DNA from: Octopus sinensis | Lineage: Eukaryota | DNA length: 64,000 bases | Reading direction: 5' to 3' | NCBI RefSeq assembly: GCF_006345805.1 | Contig: NC_043002.1 | Span: 74,586,001-74,650,000, forward strand | In this document: piece by piece, positions 12,238 to 26,030 of the stretch | Layout of the letters: each line of letters opens with the position of its first letter | How positions within the stretch are numbered: position 1 is the stretch's first letter | The notes under the pieces: generated by a model | What the model was told of the DNA's origin: nothing | Seen by the model: only the letters and a program-made list of their open reading frames with translations | Database searches by the model: none | Program-made: the position numbers and the translations under genes

Positions 12238-13937
12238 CTGCAAAATAAAAATTTCCATTCCTCAATTTCTTTTTTACTTCTCATTAAATAAGTCACACAA
12301 CAAACATTAAACTACAAGTGTATATAGTTAAACTACAATTTAAATCAGATTTTATCCTCCAGTTTGAACTAAAACCTTTGTCTCCTACTGCCAATATAAA
12401 GACACAGTTTGTGATTATGAATAGCTGTATATCACTATTAGCTAAAAATAATGTTTTGTTGTAACAGACAATAACAACATTTGCATTTTCATGATTTCAT
12501 GAGAAGCTAACATTGTCAGATATGGGAGATCCTGAAGAGATTCAACCCTAAGAGAGCAAGAAGTGAATAGAATGATATCAATTCTTATAACACTGTATTA
12601 ATTATGTAGGAGCTGACTCAAAGATTTGAGAAAACATCTTACAAACATACACAAAATATTTTCTTGTTAATAAATATTGATAAAACTTTTTGCGCCCTGA
12701 GGTTAATATAGACACACTAAATTTATCCTTCTGCTTTATCTACTCTCATTCTCCAAATAGCCATACAATGCTTTATATAGCACATATTATGTTACAAAGT
12801 GGCAAGCAGAAAATAAACACCACAAAGCTTGCAATATTCATATATATATATATATATATATATCTATATATATATATATTACACACCAACACACATGATA
12901 TTCTAGGATACAAAGACATATTGATGCCCCAGTATAAGCACACACACATAAATACCACACATTATTAGTCTACTTATTAGGCAGACTATTATGTATGCTG
13001 TTGGCACATTACTCCCACTTCTTTCAGTCTGCCAAACTAAAATTTAAGTGCAATATTCTATTCACAGCTGAGTAGATAGTGTTAGAAAATTGTCTCAATA
13101 CATACACACACATACCTACATATATATGTATACGAACACACATGCATGCATATGAGTGTAGAATTTGCAAAACATAAACAACCCTAGTTGTGGAAACATG
13201 AAAAAAATTGTTATATGTACTGTATACATACACATCTGCAAAGACCATATGTGGATTAAAGTTGTTCACACAGTATTATACAAACATCATTCACCAGTAT
13301 GGAATTAACATTAGAAAAAAAATGGTGGTGCAATTAAAATGGTTTTTTTCTGTTTGTTTTTTGTAATAATTTCCTACCATTTTTTTTGTTGTTATCTTTA
13401 ATATATCAAGTTTCTTGCACTTTTCATTTGACTCTCAAAAGTTATTGTTTAGAAAATGCTTGTACTTACACATGTAAACACATACAAATACATGCACAGA
13501 GACTCACACCCTATGGGGACATTTAAATATCTGTTTTCAAGATATACCTTCAGATAAGTAATAAGGATCAAACTTACAGTCCAAGAGTACAATGTTATGT
13601 AGCAAGTAAATTGCCAAGTGGTTCACATACTAATCTGCTCCCTTGTATTCTTACTAATAGAATTAGCATTCTAAAAAATTAGAGTGGCAGATATAAAGCA
13701 TCAACTACCACCACCATTTTGGCCCCTGGGTAACTGTAGCAGAGTCCACTCTGCTGCAATTATTTGGGCCACAACCCCAACTGGAAGATATCATCCTTCC
13801 TCCCTGAAGTCTCAAAAACCCTGAAAAAGAAGCCATGTGCTTCTCTACTTCATCTGACAAAACCATAAAAAAAAATTTTTTTTAAGGGATTTATTATTTC
13901 CCAACTTTTAGTAATGCTTGACCTTATCTAGATTTAA

Positions 13938-14147
13938 CCCTTTTGATACCAGCCCGGCTGAAGTACAAATGTCTTGTTTTCATGAGTTCTGAATTAAAAT
14001 CTTCCACCAAACCTTAGTCACAATTTATGTTCCTAACACTAGCTTAATGATAACTAAGTGATTTTACGAAATTCTTTGTTATATTTAATCTTAATTGAAA
14101 GAAACACAGAGCATCTCTCTCTCAACAGAAATATGGTAAGAAAAGGG
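13938..14147. mobile_element. piggyBac-type MITE (210 bp)
   Basis: TTAA|CCCTTTTGATACCA ... TGGTAAGAAAAGGG|TTAA. Confidence 0.85.
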
Positions 14148-14559
14148 TTAATTAACACAAATTATATTTCATGGCAATGATGAGGAGACAGAACTGTTAG
14201 AAGTGCAAAAAAAACCAAACAAAAAACAAAAGTGCACTTTTCAGTTACATCCTGTATGTTATTACTTCAAATCTTGCTGAGATTAACTTTCCTTTCCATT
14301 CTTGCCAAGTACTAGCATCAATGTAATCAACAATGCATACTCTTCCCCAACCCTTATGCCAATGTATATTTGAAAAGAAACCTTTACATATCTTCTCTTA
14401 TTACTACTTTATTTTTCTAATTTTCCTTTACAATTTCTTTCATCCATTTTGGTCCATTTTAAAAATATTATTTGCAAAATATTGAATAAATTGAATAATA
14501 ATACGCAGAAACAATCTGAAGCTGGTGCCAATCCCTGGAATGGGATGGAAGAATTTTCA

Positions 14560-15530
14560 TCATCATCATTTTACCCCCATCCCAATGCCAGCTTGGACTG
14601 GATAGGTCATCTCCAGCACAGTGCCACTCTTTTCATTTTCAATTTGGTTATGTTCCGATTCATGCAAGTACAGTGCCTCACACTCTGGAACACCTCGTGC
14701 CTCTGATCAACATAACACATCTTGTAATTTCAATTTCTCTCCTTGTTAGGGATACCTGCAACTCGTGTCTTTTCCTAACTATCCAATCTCAGTCCGTGAA
14801 TCACTTCTTTCTGGGAGTCTTTTTCCATCCACTAATGGAAGCCTATCAATTCCCTTTTTTCATATCACAGGCATCACATAATGCTCCCAAAATGTTACAA
14901 ATAATAGAGGGATCTTTCAGCTTCCATACCTTTCTTCCCTTGTTTGTCTTTGAGTCTGTCCAGCCCTTCCTTATCCTGAGGTCATTAATCTATGTTGAAT
15001 AGTACATTCTTTAGCAGAGAACGACATAATATTCACTAAACACTCTATCTCATGCCTAGTGAGTATAAAGTCCACTTGGCTCACATGCTCAAGTGGCTGT
15101 CTGGATTTATGACAATTGTGTTGCAAATATTTAAGATATTTGCTTCACAGGACTCCATGAGCCTTGATCTCTTTTCATTCCTTGTACTTGGTCTCCACAC
15201 ATAGCAGAGTATGTTATTGCCCAACAAGTTTATTGAAGTCACTAACCCTTATAACAAGATTGATGTCATCTGTTACTGAGGTAGTCTTAGAAGAGGGCCA
15301 CATATATATGCACTTTTTACTCGTCTGTCATTCCTGATAGTGGAACATACACAAAATCACTGTCACTGTTATGTCATCTGTGATAGGCCTAAGTTTAATT
15401 ATTCTGTCACATATTCTCTAACTACCACAATTTCTCTGTCATCAGATGCCTACTCTACCTACTCCAGTGCTGTTATCTACACAAAAGAATTTGCATCAAC
15501 AGTGTTCTTTGCTCATCAAAACTCTTAACA
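14560..15530 (-). mobile_element. Degraded RTE LINE remnants ending in a (GAT)n tail
   Basis: CATCATCAT tail at the left end; endonuclease-like and 3'-region fragments with many stops. Confidence 0.5.
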
Positions 15531-15619
15531 CTGGCTCCCTTTCATTTCTCCCTTTTTTTATATATATTTTGTCATCATAGCACACATTTAATTGCATGTA
15601 CTCTAATATTTCTGCAATC

Positions 15620-16080
15620 TCTCCAGAACTTTCATCACACCAATATTAACAGTGACAGCCTTCAAGTTTTGCACCTGAAAGGAATGTTTCCAGTGGTGGT
15701 GGACATGTAAATTGCTTTACATCTATCTTTCTGTATCTGAAAGATGACTATAAACCAATCTACCTATCACCATTGCAAATAAAAACTCTTCCCTTTCTTT
15801 CAAGCACAAGTCTTTAAGGCTGGCATTATTAACATTGGTTAACAGACTTATCGTTTAACAATGGCATAAAGAAAGATAAGTCTGGAAGATATTTTGGAGA
15901 TGGTAGAGCAGAAGCAAGTACATGCATCAATCTTTTTTAAGAAATGTCCACTGGTTTCTAATTTATTGTGAAATTATCATCATATAAAGTATTATTCTGG
16001 ATGATTTTAAGAGCATGAACCTAAAAGGCACTGGTATTGAGTTCATGACACCAAACTATTTAGGAACCACTAGTTCAAAC
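15620..16080 (-). mobile_element. Possible heavily degraded piggyBac-like transposase remnant
   Basis: Minus strand gives an LYM.DNFT-like segment and a KKG-rich stretch; many stops. Confidence 0.3.
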
Positions 16081-16602
16081 TTTACAAGAGTGCTGAATAA
16101 TTGTCTTTTAAATTTCTACAATCATCATCATCATCTTTAAACATCCATGTTCCATGCAGGCACGAGATGGATGGTTTGACAGGATCTGATGGGTCCAAGA
16201 ACTGCATCATACAGGCACTGGAGCACAATGATGGCAAAGCTATGTAAATTTTAACATTCACTCAGTTTCTCAGTCTAACATTAGTTATGTTTTTCGACTA
16301 AAAAAAAATAGCACTTTTTTTTTCTTGTGTGATCAAAAACTATGGCAAGTACTGTACAGTAGAGCTAAGTCCCTAAGGAGCTGAGTCCATGACCCAGTTT
16401 AGATTCCCAGTCATACCACTTCACTTCCTTTATGCTGACATATTTCTCAGAAAGACACAAGCATCACAACTTCCCATTTCTAAACTGATATAAATTTCAT
16501 GTGTAAGAAATTGGTGTAAATGAAAATCAGTACAATATCAATTTACCAATTAAATAATTATTAAAAATACGTCAAAAGTTTTGATTTAGTGTTACTTTAA
16601 AC

Positions 16603-17027
16603 CAGAGGTTCTCAACATAGGCGGTACTACCCTCAAAGGGGCTTATCAAAGAGGTTGTTAGGCTTTATGGGGTGGTGACAAGGTGGTGAGGTAACATAAT
16701 TAACATACTGAATTTTACCTATAGAAGTAATTATATTATATATATGATAAAACTAGTAACGGCTATTAAAATAAAATGATCCCATCAGGCACAGGGAAGT
16801 CATTATCTTGCAATGCATAAAGTAAATTTTTGTCTTCATTAATTATCATTTCACTTTTTGAAAGCTTATAAAATCCATTTTTAAGTGTAAAATTTATAAA
16901 TTATCATCCATGTTAAGTTAGTTTAGTCATGATACTTCACTCACCACTTAGGCAGGTGCTTAGTATAACAACTACATAAAAGAGGATGGAGAGGTGTGCA
17001 GTAAAAAAAAAGGGTTAAGAACCACTG
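16603..17027. mobile_element. hAT (Charlie-type) non-autonomous element
   Basis: Ends CAGAGGTTCTCAAC / GTTAAGAACCACTG; 8-bp TSD CTTTAAAC / CTCTAAAC (7/8). Confidence 0.85.
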
Positions 17028-18171
17028 CTCTAAACAGTATTTAGAATAATAATCTATAGTTCTTCAAACAAATAGCTTATCTAACCTGAATTATTTAAAG
17101 TCATTGAAGGATTTTTTTTCTTTTTAAGTTATTAAATTAATAATAAAAAAGAGAGAGAGATGAAGGATTGCAGAACTAGTACAAAAGAGACTCCAGTGTC
17201 AGAGAAAATTTTTACTCATGAACTATGAAAAGAAAATCTAATTTACCTGTTTTGTTTTAATCTGTAAAAATCCATAAAGGCCAGTAATGAAAGTGACTAA
17301 ATAGACTTTGTTGCTGAATATTAAAATTCAGCCAAAGTAATAAAATGTTGAGGAAGAACTATCTACACTCCTATATTTTAATGCTTGTTGCCAATGTTTG
17401 ACATAAATTAAAATAATTACAATTTAAATTTGATTTTAAAAAAAAGCACATTTTAGGAATGAGTACCCGCTTCTTTTTTACAGTCAGGCTGATAACTTTC
17501 CTTAAAGAATACCTAGCTTCTACAGAAGATACGTAGTTTCTTCTTTGCATCTATGCCCACAAGTTGATGAGAATACTGCTGCTTAGAGTGGAAGAGATTG
17601 GAAAACAACCATGCAGCAACCACACATTATTCACTTAATATCTCTTTTACTTGGTCCCACTGACACCTAGGGCAAATGTTTTCCACTACTATAGCCCTGG
17701 ACGGACCAAAGCCTTGTAAATGGATTTGGTAGAGAGAAACTGAAAAAGAAGCTCATCACACACACACACACACACACACACAAATTTATTAAATAAGATT
17801 TAAATGTGAGCTACTCTTAATTTCATGTTCAAGCTGGACAGGCTTGGAGAGTATGCCATTTAAATCCTGTATTTATCAACTGATATTTATCTCTCAGTGG
17901 ATGAAGTTGTATTTATGTTGATCTTACTGTTAATGAAACAGTACACTATATATGCGTGTGTTTGCATATGTGTGTGTTTACATCTGCCACTTCTTTCTTT
18001 CTTCTAAAACCACATATGCATCCTGTCACTGTTTACTTGTTTCTTGCTTTCAAAGTCAGGAGAAATAACAGATCCTTTGCAGGAAAACAACAGGCGGTAA
18101 AACAATGGGTTAGTAACATATTAGTCAAACCCATGTTAACACAAGAAAACAGACCTAAAACAAACAAAATA

Positions 18172-19446
18172 TGAGGGGTTGGACAAAGTAATGGAAACAC
18201 CTAGCCTCATAGCATTATAATTTTGAAATATCTATAAAACTGTCAAAAGCTTATTTATTTTTATGTTTTTTGATTTATTATTAGCATTGCTTAATAAGTT
18301 TTGCTAAAATTGCTGTTTCTTTTCAGATATCATCAGAAAAAGCTAATTAAAATTAATTAAAATGACAGATCTATCAGACTTTCAAAGAGGTCAAATGCTC
18401 ATATGGCAGGCGCTAGCATAACGAAAACAGCCAAAATATTTGATGTATCAAGAAGTACTGTCTCAAAAGTAATGACACCCTTTGAGAAAGAGGGAAAAAC
18501 CTCCTTGTTGAAACAAAACTCCGGAAGAAAACCAAAGCTTTCAGATAGGGTATGTTGAACTCTTGTGCAAATTGTAAGAAAGGATCACAAAAGTACAGCT
18601 CCCAAAATTACTTGGGAGATTAATGACCACCTCAAGAACCCAGTCTCCACAAAAACAGTTTTCTGGAAGCTGTACAAAGCCAGATTTCACAGGAGGGCTT
18701 CAATCAGAAAACCACAACTTTCAAAAACAAACATTGTAAAGCATTTAGAATGAAGTAAAAACCTACAAAATTGGTCCCTAGAGCAGTGGAAGAACATTAT
18801 TTTCTTGGACAAGTCATCCTTTACCTCATTTCCAACTACTGGCTGAGTATACGTGTGGAGACAGCCAAAAGAAGCATTCAACCCAGACTACCTTCTACCA
18901 ACTGTTAAACATGGAGGAGGATCTGTGATGATCTTCAGGGAGGGGGGGTTATATCTTGGAAATCCGCCAGCCTAATGGTTTCCCTTCGTGGAAGAATTAA
19001 TAGTAAAGACTATTTAAGCATTTTGTTTGATCAAATTCATCCTATGGTTGCAGAACTGTTTCTGGAGGGAAACGCAATCTTTTAGGCTGATAATGCACCA
19101 ATTCATACAGCTAAAGTTGTTACTGAACGGCACAAGGAACATTCTAGTGAAGTTGAACATCTTATCTGGCCACCACAGTCCCCAGATCTCAAAATTATTG
19201 AATATTTATGGTGCATTTTAGAAAAAAAAGTAAGGAGTCGATATCCTCCATCATCATCACTACAAGAACTGGAGACTGTTTTAGCCAAAGAATAGACAAA
19301 AATTCCTTTGGAAACAATTCAAACTTTGTACCAGTCCATACCTCGTAGAATTCAAACTGTAATTACTGCCAAGGGCAGTCCAACACTATATTAAAATAAA
19401 TTTGTTTGAAATTTTAAAGTGTTTCCATTATTTTGTCCAATCCTTG
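18172..19446 (+). mobile_element. Near full-length, inactivated Tc1 (DD34E) DNA transposon
   Basis: TIRs GGTTGGACAAAGTAATGGAAACAC / GTGTTTCCATTATTTTGTCCAA with flanking TA. Transposase from ATG 18362 (MTDLSDFQRGQ) with VKHGGGSVM, DNAPIHT and WPPQSPDL.IIE motifs, broken by stops and frameshifts. Confidence 0.93.
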
Positions 19447-21681
19447 TATCTTCAATTTATCAACCCATTCATGTGTCTGTCTATATTCTCTGCCATTTCA
19501 TGTCTGAGATACATCATTCTACAGTTATGGAATCAGCCTGATTGATCTCACAACAAAAATCCTCAGTACCAGTGTCATAAGCTGGGTCTGCTAATTAGTA
19601 ACATCCATACTTTTCTGCCCAGAATAATAAATATGTTAATTATGTTTACAGAGAAGTTTTCTTATATTTTCTTAAATTCTGTGCTGTAACAATCACGGAT
19701 GTGCAATGTTTCAGAGTACAAAGGAGGGTGTAAGTGGGAGGTTATTAGTGAAAAGTATATATGGAACATGATATAGATGCACTTGCCCTCACTGATAAGA
19801 AAGAGCTAGAGAAATATGTCTGGGAGAGGTTATTGAACAAGAATGTGTGGGAGAGAGAAAGATTATTCCAAGCAAACTCAGCAGGAAACCAGGAGTTGAG
19901 GTTGACAACTGAATTATCAAATCAATCATAAAGGATGTTCACAGCATCTAGAGTATCAATCAGGGAAATATCGAGATGTTGGAAATATCTGGCAAAGTAG
20001 GATGTGTTAGTAAATCAGATAGAATAGAGAGGTTTTACTTTCTTAACACGCATATTTATAAACTTTCTTATGAATTAACTTTGCATATCCAACTGACCAT
20101 ACACAAAGTTTTCCTCTTAAATAGTTGCAGATCCTAGACATCTACCTCCTACAATTCACAGTCATATAGTATCACACATTTTTCATGCTTCATATGGAAT
20201 TAAGAGTAACAATCAACCTCTCCTATTAATTGTACCATGTTAACCATGTAGCTATCGACATCACTTGACATATATGACCCTCTCATCTCTGAGACAATCA
20301 CCCTCTATCTATTCATTGGGCTATGCTACTCATGTAATGAGGTACAGCATTGAACCCACTTGTATTCAATCACCTATTACTACTGTTCTTATCACTCTAC
20401 CTCTTTTGCTCATCACAAGGCTTAGGTATATATAAATGATTGCATACAATCAGTTTTTACTGAAACACTATCATCACCCTTTGTGTATTACCAGTCATCA
20501 CTGACATCCATTACTCTTACCACTGTCCACTTCTATTACTATCTATCACTCTGTCACTTTACCTTCCTGACTCTTTTCACTATTTCTTCAAATATACTCG
20601 TTCCCATGTTCCACCAATCCTAGTTTTTCTTCTGTCATAGCTCTATCTACTATAAGCTCTCTTGGTCACATGACTTTGAGTGATCAGACATGCCGAGTAA
20701 TAGACTTCACCACAATAAAATGTGCCCAATACATTGTAAAGTGGTTATCAAATGAGCAGAAACAACATGTGGTCAAACATACTCTGTGGACATGTTAAGG
20801 ACATAACAACTTCTCTTATGGTGATATCATTATAAAATACACCAAATACTCTCAGTAAAGTGATTTGCTTTAAAAAAGCCATCCAATGGTTAAAAACCAT
20901 GCCAAAGAAGAAATGCACGAGTAACATGTGGTCCTCTAACACATACTAGCATGGAAAACAGTCTTAATGGTGATGATGATGTCAATAACAAAAATAATGA
21001 TGATCCTTTCTAGAATACTATAAGTATAACATTGCTCCAGCAGCAAAAGATTAAATCACATCTGCAGCTTCAGAATTCCCTTTGTGATTCTATAGCTCTT
21101 ATGTCATGATATTGTACTATCCTATTTAGTTTCTGTAAGGATTAACATGATTTAGAAGTGTTGGTAGTATGGAAAGTATTGAAGATTGAATATTGGCAGT
21201 AGTAAGAGAAATTCACAATGTTTACTTGTCATAAACATTACATACAGGAGATCATACAATTAAGTAGCAACCCTACAGGAAATTGTATAATTAGTAATGT
21301 CAGTTCATGATGAGCAGAATTGCTAGAAGATGGATAATTAATTAGAAGGTAAGTGATTGAAATTATGCTGAGCTTTTTCATCTTCATGTTTTAATTCAAG
21401 CTGTGCTCTTGTCAGCAGGAATCCGATAACATGCATATGCAGGAAATTTCATTATATTGTTCAGGTAATGAAGCATGTGTCCAACCTCATGAAAAAGATT
21501 TACCGCAACTCAATTATCAGTCCAGTAATTTCTCAGCTGTAGATAACCTGCATACCTCAGAGGAACAGTGGTGGTTGAAAAGAACTTTTGGCAAACACTC
21601 ATCAAATTTCCTATTGATGAACTGTAAACTTTTAATGCAGATTCGATTGGCTGCAGAATTCTTACTGCTGCACTATTAAAT

Positions 21682-22034
21682 GGCATCACTTGTACCAATA
21701 AGTGACCTGAATCTCAGCTGGAAAAGATTACACAGATAGGATTCTATCAATCAAATCAAAGCCTTTTTATGTTTCAGAAAAACAATACTATAGGAAGGAT
21801 TTTCAATTTTCTTGCAACCAAGCCAATTTAATCATACCTTTAATTGAATGAATTCTGGTCCATTGTCTGAGACTGTAGTCAATGGAATGCCAAGTTTAGA
21901 GAAAATGAGAAATAAACATTTCCTTGTTTTTCAATTGATCTGGAACATAAAAAGGCTTTGATTTAAGTGATAGAATCGTATCTATGTAATCTTTCCAGCT
22001 GAGATCCAAGCCACTTATTAGTACAAGTGATGCC
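21682..22034. repeat. Inverted repeat with ~95-bp arms (21682-21777 and 21940-22034), ~90% identical
   Basis: Manual alignment shows about 10 differences; 162-nt spacer; no TSD seen. Confidence 0.92.
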
Positions 22035-22334
22035 TTGGAATCTGATTTTAGAGCACATTTCACAAATTATTCATTATCTATATTATCAAGATTAGACCTC
22101 CAAACACAAGCCCTTGCTTTCTTTAATGTTTGTTATACATCCAAATGTGTGATAAGTTGTGAAAAGAACTTTTGCATAAAGCTCAGGAATAATAATAATC
22201 TTATTTAAGATAAGATCATCATCTACAATCATTTCAGAAGAATGTCTGACAAACTGACATTCTAAAAGGAGTTGGTTTACACTAGTCTTTTCCAGTAATG
22301 TGATTCTTTAAGTGAATATGAAGGTTATATGTGT

Positions 22335-22930
22335 TAAAATAAAAGCTGATAACTTCAACTTTTTGAACATCAGCAAAAATAAACTGAAGGTCAGGTGAGA
22401 TCATAGAGATGCTGGATCAGAGGTGAGGTAGGTAGATGTGTGCTGTATACAAGAGACAAGATGGAAGAGAGCCTCAGCTAGACTCCTCAAAGGCAAAGAG
22501 CATAGGTATAAATTCTCGTGGGTATCAGTAATGGAGGTATATCATTAGAAGAGAGTTGAATAGATAAGGTAACTGAGGAAGACAGAATGTGCAATAGATT
22601 AATTAAGTTTAAGCTAATCAGGACAACATGACAGAATGAGATGAAAGTTGCTGTCATGACAATATGACGTTAACTTTCATCAAGGCTGGCAGATGAAGAG
22701 AAATCCTGTGTTTATGATCCTGCAGATTAGCAGATGGTAGTTTTAGAACACATATGAGGCAACACCATGTTAGTTTCTCCTGCTTACATGGAAGAGATCA
22801 ATATAGTATAAGGAATGAGGAGAGATCAAGGCTCCTGGAGCAGCCTGATCAGCTACCAATTAGGTGAACACACAGGACAGAAAGACTTCAAGTTCCCAAG
22901 GAAATGATGAGACAGACAGATGGTTGCAAA
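22335..22930 (+). mobile_element. Degraded RTE LINE, AP-endonuclease region; resumes at ~24110-24340 after the mariner
   Basis: GEIIEML...VDVCCIQETRWK...LLKGKEHRYKF; downstream DPTEGPV...DMKTG..GVIPN continuation. Confidence 0.7.
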
Positions 22931-22932
22931 TA

Positions 22933-24100
22933 TCAGGTCATTAAGAATGAAATGTCTGATTTTGAACTAAAAGTTTATTTTACTTTATCTCAACAAAAAA
23001 CAATGCAGTTAATCAATGTATGCACCTAAATTATCAACACAATTTTGTCATTTTATCAGTAGCTTATTTATGCCAGCAGCAAAGAATTCTGGAGAGCAAG
23101 AGGTGATGAAATCACAAAAGGCTATTTTTGCATCTTCAGATTTGAAGTTTTTGCCTTGCAAAAAGTTGTCTAATGCCTGGAAAATGTGATAGTCAATTGG
23201 TGCAAGATCTGGTGAATATGGTGGATGACAGAGTACTTCCAAGTTCAGTTCCTGTAACTTGAGCAGCATTCTTTGTGCAATATGTGGTCAAGCATTGTCT
23301 TGCAAGAGAATTGGCCTGTCTCTGTTGACCAATCTCAGTTGCTTAATTGCAAGTTCACTCATCATTTCATCCAATTGGTTGATGTATACATCTGCTGTAA
23401 TTGACTTACCAGGTCTCATGAAGATGTAATGGATGACACCAGCACTGGACCACCAAACAGACACCATTAGCTTTTTTTGGTGAATATTCTTTTTGGGATT
23501 GTGTTTTGGCATATTATCTCTATCGAACTACTGTGCAGAACGCTTGTTATTGTTGAAAAGAATCCATTTTTCATAAATATAATGCAATGCAAAAATGGTT
23601 CGCTTTTATGCCATGACAGCAAAGAACAGGAAATTTCAAGATGTGTCATTTGATGCTTATTCAGTTCACCCATCCAGCTTCTTTACCTTGCCAATTTGTT
23701 TTAGATGTCCAATACAGTTGGAATCGAAACCTTGCTGCTAATTCATACGTAATTTGAGATGTATCTGCTTCCACTATAGTTTCCAGCTCATCGTTATCCA
23801 CCTTGGTCACAGGTCTACCATAGGGCTGATTTTCAAGAGTAAAGTCACCAAACTGGAACTTTTCAAATCATCAGCGTACAGTGCGCTCATTTGCCACATC
23901 TTCACCAAACACCTCATTGATGTTTCAAGCTGTCTGGGATGCACTGGTTTCATGATAGAACTCATATTCATAAACATGAATTTTTTATCTATCTGTGGGT
24001 TCACAAAAATTGATTTACAAGAGAAAACTCACAATATAATCAAACACAATGAATTGCATTTCAAAAAGTGGCATGGCTACGTTTATGAAAGACTGTTGAA
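22933..24100 (-). mobile_element. Degraded mariner (DD34D) transposon
   Basis: Fragments KKLMVSVWWSSAGVIHY, ILLQDNA and LCHPPYSPDLAPIDYHIF in shifted frames; TA plus TIR-like left end; right end approximate. Confidence 0.9.
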
Positions 24101-25429
24101 TGAAGAAACTAACTGGAAGAGAAGGCTACCTCAAGTAGACCCAACAGAAGGACCAGTCAGAAATGTTGACAGCAATATGATCACAAGTGCAAGTAAAGAT
24201 ATGAAAACAGGGACGGTTACTGCACCATCAAAGATTGTTCCTAGGATGATCAAAATAGCAATACCAATCACGTAAGTGATTAGTATCACAGGAAGGTGTC
24301 ATACCCAATGGCAACATACTAGAACCATCATAAACCACTATAATGTCAAAAGTGACTAAAGCCAAATCTGTAAAATTTTCCCCGATATGGAAGCAAAACT
24401 AAGAAGCCTCAAATTTAGAAATGTCTAAATTTTTTAAGAAGTAGCAAAGACAAGACTTGGACTAAGTTTAACATGCTGAAAAAAAAAAAGGAAGTTGGAA
24501 TTTCATACAGTGCAGACAATATAAATTATGGATGCACAAGTTCACAAATAATGGGATCACAGAAAGGATGGTAAAGAAGATAGGCTTCCTATGTGGCAGA
24601 TGCACAAAAGTAGTGAGCAATAAGAATACATGTGAAATAAATTCCTTCATATGTCTGGAAGGTTCACCAAACTAACTGATAGCTTTTGCAACCTAGTTGA
24701 CCTAATTAGCATTGGGGGTGGGCATACCAAAAGCAAAGTAGTCAAAGTAAGAAAATGTATGAGGAAAAGTTTGAGGAGTTATTACTTCAACTGGCAATAA
24801 AAGGTTTCACTCTCAGAGTAAAGGGTAAATTGTCTGACATTAGTGTACAAGCTAAAATGTTGCACAGTAACCAAGACATAAGCCTTGATAAAATAAATCT
24901 AGTACATTGTATGAAGTGGTTGGTGTTGGGAAGAGCATCTGGTCATTAAATACCATACAGAATGAAACATAAGCAAGGTTCCCCGATTTTTCTTGGAGCG
25001 CCACAACTCCAAATAGGAGCTGAATGAGGCTGACATCTCATCCAATTTATATCAGCATGGAAAATGGATGTCAAATGATAATGATGATAGTGATGATATT
25101 ACCAAACTGATCACAATCATACTTTAACCTATTTAGAGCACCCATATGGCTGGTGATTTTGGTGCAGCCTACTGGCTTGCCAATCCTTGGTCAAACTGTC
25201 CAACCCATGCAGACATTAAATGATAATGAAGAATGAAAATGCAATTGTCTTGTAATGATAATATGACAACTCACTCAGCAGTCTACTATAAAGCTAGCCC
25301 AAAAACATCAAGAGCCTTTGAAAAAATGAATTACAACTAATGACCAGCATCAAGCTTGAAGGATTTCATTAATAATTTTAAAAATCACTTTTTTTTTCAG
25401 TACTCCCTACCACATTACAAGCTTCACAT

Positions 25430-26030
25430 TGAATATCATTCCAGTTTCTCTTAAATACTATAGATCTTCTAACTATGGCATATTCAGAAACATCAGTAAG
25501 AGTTGTTTCACATTCGGTAGAGAATGTTCCCAAAATAAAGTATTGTGTAAGTTCTTTTGTTTAACATTAATGCATATTCTTTAAGCATTCCTCATATAAA
25601 GACATTTCTTTTTACCACAAGAAGTTCAACTAGGTCTACAAGTTCTGATACAAACCAGCAATAGTAGTTATAAACTCCAAATATTTTACAATTTCATCTT
25701 TTGGTTTAGGAACAGTAATCTGCTAGATTTTGTCTATTAGCCAATGTGATTTGATCCAATATTTTGAAATATTTATTTCAAGGAAATCAACGGAAGATGC
25801 AGGATTAATGTGTTTATTCTGGTTAATCAATACATTGGCTCCTTTCAATCTAAAAACAACTGAATTTTCTCGATTCTTCAGTTTATTCTAAGTCACTGCA
25901 AAATATGTAATCCTGATAATCAATTTGTTTCAATATAGACTCCTTGCAATATTGAAAATGTAGTGACTATTTTTCAGTTCCAGTTGATGTTTATTGACTA
26001 AAAAAAGACTATTGGTTGTATTTAATGCAC
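25430..26030 (-). mobile_element. Degraded Ty3/Gypsy pol (RT-RNase H) remnant
   Basis: Minus strand: ILQG..., RLKGANV.IN..KH, SVDFL, PKPKDEI..YL.FI.YY and TLTDVSEY-like segments in the expected order. Confidence 0.55.

Noticed and set aside
20430-20480. Intronic C/D snoRNA (GTGATGA...CTGA on minus; similar on plus near 29070)
   Set aside because: Boxes are under 20 nt apart and lack a terminal stem.
23754-24275. Longest ORF in the track (173 aa)
   Set aside because: Chimera of the antisense mariner N-terminus and an RTE linker fragment.
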